Below are positions 56,901 through 64,000 of a stretch of 64,000 nt of DNA, piece by piece. The position numbers and the translations under genes are program-made. The notes beneath the pieces were generated by a model. It was not told where the DNA came from and did not search any database. It saw only the letters and a list, made by a program, of their open reading frames with translations. Within the stretch, counting starts at the first letter, position 1; every line of letters begins with the position of its first letter. The stretch is from an uncultured archaeon (lineage in GTDB: Archaea; Aenigmatarchaeota; Aenigmatarchaeia; GW2011-AR5; JAHLMP01), in assembly GCA_964428495.1 (NCBI GenBank), contig CAYRXY010000003.1, forward strand, positions 9,588-73,587, given 5' to 3'.

Positions 56901-59900
56901 TTTAGATTTATGGCCACTGATAACTGGGATGCTACATTCTATAGCGATCCTATAACTGTCGATGTCAAGAGAGATGATGTGCTGTTAAGTATCACAAAAG
57001 GTATTAATGAAATTGTAAACAGGGATGACAGTACCGACTACTCAAATGTAACACTTGAAGCAAGGTTATACGATGTGGATAAAGACGGATACGTAGCTGG
57101 AGAAAACATAGATTTCTTGTTCTTAAATGCTAATGGTTGGATCAAAATAGGATCGTCCACTACAAATGGAAATGGTTACGCTGAATTTATATGGAACCCA
57201 GATTGTACTATCTCACCATTAGGAGAACATCAATGGAGTGTGAACCATTCAACAAGTTCATTATACAAATTTACATCTAACAGTAGTCAAGTAACAATTA
57301 GAGAAAAGCTTCATGTAACCATTTTACAGCCAACTAATGGTGAAATAGTACATAGAAATAAGATATATCAATACTTACGTGCTAGCATTGCCGATTCTTG
57401 TGGGAATGACTTAACATCTAGCTCTACGATAGATTGGTCAACAGGAGCAAAGGGTCCTAGCGTGGAATGGTCAGTACCAGATCAACTAGGGAATTTCACT
57501 ATAACCGTCAATGGAAGTATTTCTGATTCATTTTATGATCCAGGGGACTCGAGTGTCATCGTGAAAATATTTGGATATTCTAAAACCACCGACTTACAAA
57601 CATATGCTCTATGGTCTCATAACGAAACATCAGCAATTAAAGGCGAACCTGTTAAGATAAATTGCAACGTAAATGATGAAAAAGACTCTCCTATATCTAG
57701 CTATCCGGTGAATTTCTCTGTATTCAATTCCACTGGTTCACTAATCTCATCTTATGTAAACTATACCAATTCATCTGGTGTTGCAACGTGGATATGGAAT
57801 ACAAGTGGAAAATCCGTTGAGACTTACACGATAAAATGTTCAATAGATAATATCGAAGATCCTCAAAACCAACTATATTATAGTATTACTAGCGATTATA
57901 ACCAACTACAGAAGAGCTTTGATGTAAAATATCAAGATCGATTACTCCTTGAAACTGATAATAGCTGGATATATAGAAACAACACGTTTAACCCTCACGT
58001 AGCAACAATAACTGCAAAATTCATGAAATCATATGAGGATATGCAAAGTGGATATATAGAATTCACATATAAGAATGGAACACATATAGCCAGTTGTTCA
58101 GCCGATTCATCAGGTACATGTTCAATAACATACGATGAGTCAGACTCCGCAACTCCTGAGGAATATTTAATAAAAGTGGGTGCTGCAAAAGATCTCGATA
58201 ATTTCCTTGATAAAAATTATACTGCAACATCTAATATATCCATAGAAGTAAGAGGTAAATTAAGTCCTGTAACTTTAATCAAACCAATTTCAGAGGCTAA
58301 ATTCAATAAAACGAACTATATAAACTTTTCTTCATCTGTTGAAGATGAAAACGGTAATGTTGTAAATGCTAATGTTTCATATATTCTTTCTGGAAACAAT
58401 AAAGGTGACTTTAGAATAGTAAAGGACGTATCATCTGAAGAGACTAGATGGAAAATATTTAATGATCTAAAACCTGATTCATACTCAATAACTGTAAATG
58501 CAACAAGACCATATTATACAGGTAGTAGTACGCTTGGTTCGAGGAGTATTTACATTTACGGTTTTGCTAACGTCACGAATCTAACATTAGATTATCCTCT
58601 TTACAATGCACCAACAAAGGTAAGCTGTAAGGTAATTGATAGAGACTCATCTGAGCTTCCAATAAGTAAATATAATGTAAGCTTCTGGTATGAGAAGTTG
58701 GGTATATGGACTCTAATAGGGTCTAATCTGACAGACACCAATGGTACTGCTACGATGTGGTGGATTCCTGATATTGTAGGCACAACCAAACTAAAATGTA
58801 ATATTTCTGATCAATTAAAGATATTTTACTATGCAAATCCTTTAGCAAGTGAAGTGATCAATGACACTGTGTCTGTTGGCGATAACGAATCGCCAGAAAT
58901 TCATTCATTTGAAAAAATTGGAACTACACCGTTAGAGGCAAACCATCAGAGCTTGACATTCAAAGCAAACGTAAGCGATAATGTAGAGATAAGTAGTGTA
59001 CGGGTTGAGATTACCGGAGTTGAGAGTGATATTGTTATCTTAAACCCCGAGTCCATAGATGATAGAGGAAATGGAATTTATTCGATAGTTTATACACCAA
59101 AGAAGGGTGGATTTCACTATGCTACATTGTATGTAAATGACACGACTAACAATACCAACTCCAGTGAATCAATTAGCTTTAATGTAATTGGTACTGCTAA
59201 TGAGAGCATGAGTATTACACCAACCTCCGTAACAACGGATGATAACATAACGAGGGATAATCCTTACAACTTTACGCTAAATATTATTGTCAATAACACA
59301 GGATCATCAGATATTATTAACAATGGAACAATGTACAATGTCAACATGTCTCTTGATCTTCCAACCGGTTTCACAACAAAAAATATAACTAAAATATGTG
59401 AATCCGTTCCTGTTGGTGGAACGTGTGAATGGAACCCTGAAATTCAGGTAACGAATATTGTGGATCTCGGTACAAACACAATAACTATTAATGCTAAATG
59501 GAATAACCCAGATAACAGTATATCGACAGATTCTAAATCAATTTCAGTAGATGTTTTGGAACACCCAGAAATATCTATAGAACCTAACCCAGTAATAGGT
59601 ACAGCTAATCACGGAGAGACGATAGAAATACCTATAAATGTTTCAAACTTTGGAAACACAATTCTATATGCAATAGGTTCTTCCTGTTTAACATATACAT
59701 ATCCACTTAATTGTAGCTACATAACTCCATCGATTCCATATAGTTTAAATAAAAATGATACTCAAAGTGGTAATATTGTTGTTAAAATACCAAAAGGTAC
59801 TGATCCTAAACAGTACGAGTGGAAGCTTAGAATTAATTCAACAAAATATGTAAATAGTTATGGTGAATATGTCTCTTGTACTTCACAAGGATGTTATAAA

Positions 59901-62900
59901 GATATTACCGTAGATGTTAATGTAAATGAGGATAAAAGTTGGAGCATCTCACCTAATAAAACAAATCTTTTAGTTCCTATAGAAGATTATAGATCAATAA
60001 ACATAACATTAAACAATACCGGTAATGTTGATAGAAATTGGACTATTTCCACATCGGGCTGTGGTAACATAATTGGTCTAGTTGTATCTCATCCACAGTC
60101 TATATATGTTCCAAAAATCAGTAGCAAGATCATTCCTATAACCATAGATGCAACAAATGCCGAAAATGGTGGAAATTGCACGATAATTATTTCATTCAGT
60201 AATTCTAGTGCAGAACCACAAGCCAATAGCACGGTGATTAACTTAACTGTAGAGGACACCCCACCTAATTTTAATGTTCAGATTCTTCCATACGATTATA
60301 TAGATATGGGCAAAGAGGATGTTACAATAAACGCAACCGTGGGTGATAATAAATTAGTTATCTATGATGGTATCAATCTTACAAAACCAGACGGATCAAC
60401 TATAGTTCTAGTTGGAAAGAAAAGTGTTAGTCGACCATCTGATACAATGACACATGTCATCTTAAGTTCAGAATTAGACCAGCCAGGAGAATATAAAGTA
60501 AAGGTCTATGCATGGGATAATGCCAATCCAAGTAAATATAATGAAACTATTATAACTTTCCATGTATACCCAACAACATCTTTAGCATTAAAGACTAACT
60601 ATACGTCAACTACTATGTTGAATACTGTAGAAGTAAATGGAATAACAGCAGAGGATTCAAAGACTGTATCAGTTAACGTGACTATTAATAACACAAAGAG
60701 GATTGGAGCTTATAATGTTAATCTAACAGGAATCAATGGTCCATTGAATAAAAAATTCACTTTAACACCATCATCACAATACTACAATAAAATAAAGATA
60801 CCTCCTGTTATAAGTAAGGTATTCAATATAACGATACCCGCAGGTACACCACCTTCAGGCTCTACAGAATACTATGTTACATTCGGAGCTCGATGGGAGA
60901 ATCCGGATGGAACAATTGACTCTACTTCAACCCCCTTCTATATTAAAGTAAACCCGACGAAAATATTAGAGATCACATCCAATTCATCGACCTATACCGT
61001 TCCTCACGCATCAAAGAAAACAATAAATATTACTTTATATTCAAGAGGTAATGCTCCTATCGATAACATAAAATTATCATGTGTACCAGTCGGATTGATA
61101 GATTATTGTAAGAATTTCAGCGTATCTATTACACCATCAAGCACAAGTTTAGGAGCCGGAGAAAAGACAATAGCTAAAATGACATTAAATGTCCCATTCA
61201 CATATCCTCCTGGAGACTATAATATAAAAATCGTTGCAAATTCATCAGACTTAAATGACGTAGTAAGTCTTCCTTTAACTATTCACGTACCTGTAGACAC
61301 AACTTGGAACTTAACTCCAACACAATACAACTTCACAACAGGTAGTGGAAGCTATGGATACTTCTATGTCAACGTTTCATCATACGCAAACGTTAACTTA
61401 AGCTTTACAACATCTTACACCAATCCAAACATAACGGCTTCTGAAACAACCTTCACACTCAAAAAAGGCACACTTCGCCTCCTAAAAATTAATTATACGG
61501 CACCAGAACTTGCTGAGAATGAAAATGAAAGAAATATTACTGGAAATGTAACTGTTTCATGTACTGATTGTGGACCTCTACAAAATCAAATACAATCCTC
61601 CACTCTCAATGCAAACATGAGAGTACTTCCATTCAAGCTTTATATAGAAAATATTGAACCGACTAATGATATAAGAGCTGGAGACGAAATTCAGGCAATA
61701 GTAAATGTTACATTTGCGGGTCAAATCTTAACAGATCCAAAACTCGTAGCATTCAATGCATATATAGGAGATAAACCATGTGAAACTACAAGTGAATTAT
61801 TCAATATAAGTAAATGGAAGGTAAGATTCAAAGCACCAACACTCCCAGACGGGAAGAATTACACGTTGAGAATAGAAGCTATTCAACTACAATACAATGC
61901 AAGAACTCCAAGATATTTCAATTACATCCATTATAAAGACGTGACCCCTCCTAACATAACATCTGTTAAAACGAGCTTCATAGAACCACAAAAACCTGAA
62001 GAAATATACGTTAATGTAACCGACAATGTTAAGGTAGACAAAGTCTGGATAGTAATATACCACAATGGATCCGTATTTGGAAGCTTTAATTTAACTAACC
62101 TTACAACTAACTTCGTAAATTCAAAATGGAAATGGAAATCACCAGCATTAACTCTCCCAGGAGATTATGATGTTGTAATTTATGCAAATGATACTACTGG
62201 TAATATAGCAAACCTAAGTACATGGTTCAGAGTTAATCAAAAGGTTAGAATAGAGGGAATTGTAAAAGATGTTAAAGAAAATCCAGTACCAGTAGAATTA
62301 GGAATTTATAAGAATACAAAAGCTGGAATAGGTTCGTACATGGTTACAAAAATCATGAATCATACTGGAAGTTACAACGTAAGTATACCTAAAGGAAAAT
62401 ATGACATCACGATTAAGGCATTAGGTAATGAATTCACATTCAGAGATGTGAATGTTGAATCCAACTTAACAAATATAACCAGAGTGAGTGATGTTGATCT
62501 AAGTGTTGTAACTTCACAACTACCTCTAGAGGGGGGACAATTACTAGGAGCGATAGGAATTGAACATAACATTTCATATTCATCTGCAGATGTTATCTTG
62601 AACTTTTCATCAGAAAATCTGATTCCAGGAGATCTCGGACTGAAGAATATTGAGGTATATAGATGTGATGATTGGGACTTTGATAATCAAACATGTAATG
62701 GTGAATGGACCAAGGTAGAAAATACTGAGGTTGATGTGGCAAACTTACTCATAAAGGTACCGTCAACAAAGCTTTGTGCATTTGTAATTGTAAAACCAGC
62801 TGTTGCACCTTCTACAGTTACAGTTCCGCCACAGCAACCGACATCACCTGGAGGTGGCAGCACAGGCATATCATCTCAGTTAGAAGAGGCTTTAGAGAAA

Positions 62901-64000
62901 TTAGTTAATCAGAGCCAATTACCACCAATATCAGCAGAAACCGATTTAATTGAGGCGACACTTCATCCAGGAGAATCTAAACTATTCTCGTTATATCTTT
63001 CGAACAATCTCAACAAACCGGTTACGGCCCATATAAAAATACTTGGAAGTATTTGGCAGTTTGTCCAGTTAGAGAAGGATAATGTCACTATACCTGGAGG
63101 TGGTTCTGAATCTGTCCAGATGAAAGTCTACACATTACCAACAACACCTGTAGGAACATATACAGGCGATATCATAATTTCAACAGACAAGTATACAAGA
63201 ACGATACCAATAACGTTGATGGTTGTACCACCTAAAGAAGCTTTACTTGATCTAAAGGTCAATGCAATAACTAAAGAAGTTCCAATTAATGGAAGTTTGA
63301 AATACTATGTAACACTCTATAACTTGGGTACAAAGAAGAGATTTGATGTCACACTAATATACAGGATCAAATCTGCTACAACAGAGGAAATTCTTGATTA
63401 CAAAGAAGAGACTTTGGCAATAGAAACATCTCTTGCATTTGTCAGAGTTTATGATTTGTCTAAAGTAAAGGGAATAGTTCTAGGAAAATACTTTATTGAA
63501 GTAATAGCAAAATATGATAATAAAACAGCTAGTGCAGTAGACATATTCGAAATTAAGAAGCCGTTCTGGACCAAGGAAAGAATTATGTTGCTTGGTATAC
63601 TAGCAGCATTGATAATAAGCGTTTTGGTTGGTTGGAAAGGTAAACAGTACTATGACAAATGGAAGTTAAAGAAGATGAGATACTTACATCCCGTTGATAT
63701 GAAGAGTCTTCCAAAGGGTGAAGTATGGCTCGGTAAATTAGCAGAGATGAATGTAAGAGCTGAATTCAAGATGGATGATTTAACAACTCACGCAATAGTC
63801 GCAGGTGCAACAGGTTCCGGTAAATCTGTTGCTGCAATGGCCATTGCAGAAGAAGTATTGAAACAAGATATTCCTGTTGTCGTATTCGATCCAACAGCAC
63901 AATGGACAGGATTTGTAAGACCATGCAGAGATAAGAAGATGTTATCATTCTACAAGAAGTTTGGTCTAAGAGAGGAAGATGCAAGACCATTCAAAGGTAT
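53985..64000 (+). CDS. Giant surface protein (at least 3,338 aa, 3' end beyond window): signal peptide, many Ig-like/beta-sandwich modules, C-terminal TM helix and cytoplasmic FtsK/HerA-type P-loop ATPase domain
   Basis: Hand translation shows an uninterrupted ORF from ATG 53985 to the window end. Sec signal MIKKIISAAILMLFILSTIAFSLP. Repeated modules are bounded by D-x-T-P-P-T/S linkers. N-x-S/T sequons occur throughout. TM helix IMLLGILAALIISVLVGW (about 63584-63645). Walker A HAIVAGATGSGKSVAAMAIAEEVL...VVVFDPT (63801-63829). Confidence 0.85.
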   Translation, partial: MIKKIISAAILMLFILSTIAFSLPISSSYIESGNSATVQMNSGSVFYGEVDAGQVVSWKYLKYQISGTGITAQAMVNVSDYENFASVKGSTGWFSINADGVLDIKELSSTFNLPYARYARFAIKGTGGAWQIDQSWLEISTGPDVFQPKTYSTTGTEKTTFNDGDNVVIKVNVTDPDGASDIGSVLINITDPNGVSRVINGVMSVDSSISYGKTYRYNFSTTNVNGTWSFTIVAKDSTEKTDSKAGSFVIVDTHAPTITLNSPANNDWTNNNKPTFYFTPDDYIDPVLDCSLYIDGNACGSTTADRGQQSSITSTCTLTVGAHNWYIKCTDDKGNTGQSSETWTINIDTTPPTYTWLSPLSGSWYKDGDSISIDVDVSDGTGVGINDGENCNVEIDDSTTSFTGTVTYSSATGKCTGTIKLNNPSNLAEGSNSHSITVSVPDKLDNVQTSSGLLISIDNTPPTITYVTLSDYDVQPGTTITVTTDGSDSLSSINTCHAYLDDDTNYGNGYLDDLGELGTDCSGPVTLPSVSNGIYYIVVRPVDNVGLSNTKASSALKIDSTSPSCLIKSIKEVSGTDYSYVSGTTIWYNNVSSGSFMVNVSASDDLAGVSRVVFPATTSSGTTDYSSPYNHTYTWSIGSSYSSTANVTCYDKAENSATTSFTITLDNTPPSDGSITYTDGYYTTKSVSISYSLGSDNVGGVGLNTATGRIERNSAPLSGGVCGSWSGWTTLLYDSDGTHVDETVQDNYCYQYIYRICDEVSNCKNYTSTNIAKVDSVLPTISYIEPPTETNNSIIHEPFIEVKVSTSDAGAGVDKITIYLYRADTKAGPYTLNATKTLYYSGQTSASLLANFTGLGDGFYKFNATVWDQAGNKQSTMTRTVSISLNPTNLTDLSYSCEDDCGWGEAWNFTANITDKDNNQRLNLTLQLFNRSGSGMWENIDSKIVYSNGDSFAETFSLDPAWTNIDSNKTREFRFMATDNWDATFYSDPITVDVKRDDVLLSITKGINEIVNRDDSTDYSNVTLEARLYDVDKDGYVAGENIDFLFLNANGWIKIGSSTTNGNGYAEFIWNPDCTISPLGEHQWSVNHSTSSLYKFTSNSSQVTIREKLHVTILQPTNGEIVHRNKIYQYLRASIADSCGNDLTSSSTIDWSTGAKGPSVEWSVPDQLGNFTITVNGSISDSFYDPGDSSVIVKIFGYSKTTDLQTYALWSHNETSAIKGEPVKINCNVNDEKDSPISSYPVNFSVFNSTGSLISSYVNYTNSSGVATWIWNTSGKSVETYTIKCSIDNIEDPQNQLYYSITSDYNQLQKSFDVKYQDRLLLETDNSWIYRNNTFNPHVATITAKFMKSYEDMQSGYIEFTYKNGTHIASCSADSSGTCSITYDESDSATPEEYLIKVGAAKDLDNFLDKNYTATSNISIEVRGKLSPVTLIKPISEAKFNKTNYINFSSSVEDENGNVVNANVSYILSGNNKGDFRIVKDVSSEETRWKIFNDLKPDSYSITVNATRPYYTGSSTLGSRSIYIYGFANVTNLTLDYPLYNAPTKVSCKVIDRDSSELPISKYNVSFWYEKLGIWTLIGSNLTDTNGTATMWWIPDIVGTTKLKCNISDQLKIFYYANPLASEVINDTVSVGDNESPEIHSFEKIGTTPLEANHQSLTFKANVSDNVEISSVRVEITGVESDIVILNPESIDDRGNGIYSIVYTPKKGGFHYATLYVNDTTNNTNSSESISFNVIGTANESMSITPTSVTTDDNITRDNPYNFTLNIIVNNTGSSDIINNGTMYNVNMSLDLPTGFTTKNITKICESVPVGGTCEWNPEIQVTNIVDLGTNTITINAKWNNPDNSISTDSKSISVDVLEHPEISIEPNPVIGTANHGETIEIPINVSNFGNTILYAIGSSCLTYTYPLNCSYITPSIPYSLNKNDTQSGNIVVKIPKGTDPKQYEWKLRINSTKYVNSYGEYVSCTSQGCYKDITVDVNVNEDKSWSISPNKTNLLVPIEDYRSINITLNNTGNVDRNWTISTSGCGNIIGLVVSHPQSIYVPKISSKIIPITIDATNAENGGNCTIIISFSNSSAEPQANSTVINLTVEDTPPNFNVQILPYDYIDMGKEDVTINATVGDNKLVIYDGINLTKPDGSTIVLVGKKSVSRPSDTMTHVILSSELDQPGEYKVKVYAWDNANPSKYNETIITFHVYPTTSLALKTNYTSTTMLNTVEVNGITAEDSKTVSVNVTINNTKRIGAYNVNLTGINGPLNKKFTLTPSSQYYNKIKIPPVISKVFNITIPAGTPPSGSTEYYVTFGARWENPDGTIDSTSTPFYIKVNPTKILEITSNSSTYTVPHASKKTINITLYSRGNAPIDNIKLSCVPVGLIDYCKNFSVSITPSSTSLGAGEKTIAKMTLNVPFTYPPGDYNIKIVANSSDLNDVVSLPLTIHVPVDTTWNLTPTQYNFTTGSGSYGYFYVNVSSYANVNLSFTTSYTNPNITASETTFTLKKGTLRLLKINYTAPELAENENERNITGNVTVSCTDCGPLQNQIQSSTLNANMRVLPFKLYIENIEPTNDIRAGDEIQAIVNVTFAGQILTDPKLVAFNAYIGDKPCETTSELFNISKWKVRFKAPTLPDGKNYTLRIEAIQLQYNARTPRYFNYIHYKDVTPPNITSVKTSFIEPQKPEEIYVNVTDNVKVDKVWIVIYHNGSVFGSFNLTNLTTNFVNSKWKWKSPALTLPGDYDVVIYANDTTGNIANLSTWFRVNQKVRIEGIVKDVKENPVPVELGIYKNTKAGIGSYMVTKIMNHTGSYNVSIPKGKYDITIKALGNEFTFRDVNVESNLTNITRVSDVDLSVVTSQLPLEGGQLLGAIGIEHNISYSSADVILNFSSENLIPGDLGLKNIEVYRCDDWDFDNQTCNGEWTKVENTEVDVANLLIKVPSTKLCAFVIVKPAVAPSTVTVPPQQPTSPGGGSTGISSQLEEALEKLVNQSQLPPISAETDLIEATLHPGESKLFSLYLSNNLNKPVTAHIKILGSIWQFVQLEKDNVTIPGGGSESVQMKVYTLPTTPVGTYTGDIIISTDKYTRTIPITLMVVPPKEALLDLKVNAITKEVPINGSLKYYVTLYNLGTKKRFDVTLIYRIKSATTEEILDYKEETLAIETSLAFVRVYDLSKVKGIVLGKYFIEVIAKYDNKTASAVDIFEIKKPFWTKERIMLLGILAALIISVLVGWKGKQYYDKWKLKKMRYLHPVDMKSLPKGEVWLGKLAEMNVRAEFKMDDLTTHAIVAGATGSGKSVAAMAIAEEVLKQDIPVVVFDPTAQWTGFVRPCRDKKMLSFYKKFGLREEDARPFKG

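Noticed and set aside
54614-63990. Short minus-strand ORFs (62-74 aa) inside the giant plus-strand ORF
   Set aside because: They are isolated and lie entirely within a 10-kb uninterrupted sense frame with coherent domain structure. No motifs were seen.
1-64000. Search for CRISPR arrays, rRNA genes, IS elements or integrases
   Set aside because: No periodic direct repeats with spacers were seen, nor rRNA-like conserved stretches or transposase/integrase-like ORFs. The only island-like signal is the AT-rich block next to tRNA-Arg, which lacks a visible integrase.

Overview
This 64-kb window appears to be archaeal chromosome. It is AT-rich by eye, with K/E/I-rich proteins, archaeal-type information-processing genes, tRNAs with archaeal introns and class-III (prepilin-like) signal peptides. 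No rRNA gene or CRISPR array was seen.

Core genes in roughly the first 40 kb:
- An ABC exporter (ATPase plus MacB/FtsX-like permease) with a DUF1648 membrane protein and a surface protein; an MFS transporter.
- Met-, His-, Tyr- and Ser-tRNA synthetases.
- A short XPF nuclease, an AEP-family primase-like protein, Mre11, Rad50, MCM, PCNA and endonuclease III.
- TBP, RNA polymerase subunit E' preceded by an Fcf1-like PIN protein, ribosomal protein L11, a family-II inorganic pyrophosphatase, aEF-1alpha, aEF-1beta and an ITPase.
- Diphthine synthase, Taw1, CDP-archaeol synthase, a CaCA antiporter, a serpin, a Nudix fusion protein, and a DNA methyltransferase overlapping a THEP1 NTPase.
- Five tRNAs: Ala(CGC) with a non-canonical intron in the T-loop, Ile(GAU), Ser(UGA), Arg(GCG), and a 147-nt intron-containing tRNA of unresolved identity.

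Two regions stand out:
1. About 4 kb next to tRNA-Arg (40.4-44.3 kb) looks AT-richer and accessory. It encodes split ComD/ComE-like TPP decarboxylase subunits, a radical-SAM enzyme, a SAM methyltransferase and two unknown proteins.
2. From 44.3 kb to the window end is a Tad/archaeal type-IV-pilus-like locus on the minus strand (membrane platform, FlaI/TadA-like ATPase, secreted protein, ParA/MinD ATPase, wHTH regulator). It diverges from a plus-strand operon encoding a Thr-rich mucin-like protein, a 688-aa prepilin-like protein with an extremely Cys-rich C-terminus, and a giant ORF (>3,338 codons, running off the window). The giant ORF has a signal peptide and dozens of Ig-like modules, then a C-terminal TM helix and a cytoplasmic FtsK/HerA-type P-loop ATPase domain. 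I consider this the most unusual system in the window.

All calls were made by eye from the six-frame translations. No database search was run, and coordinates of hand-located features could be off by a few nucleotides.
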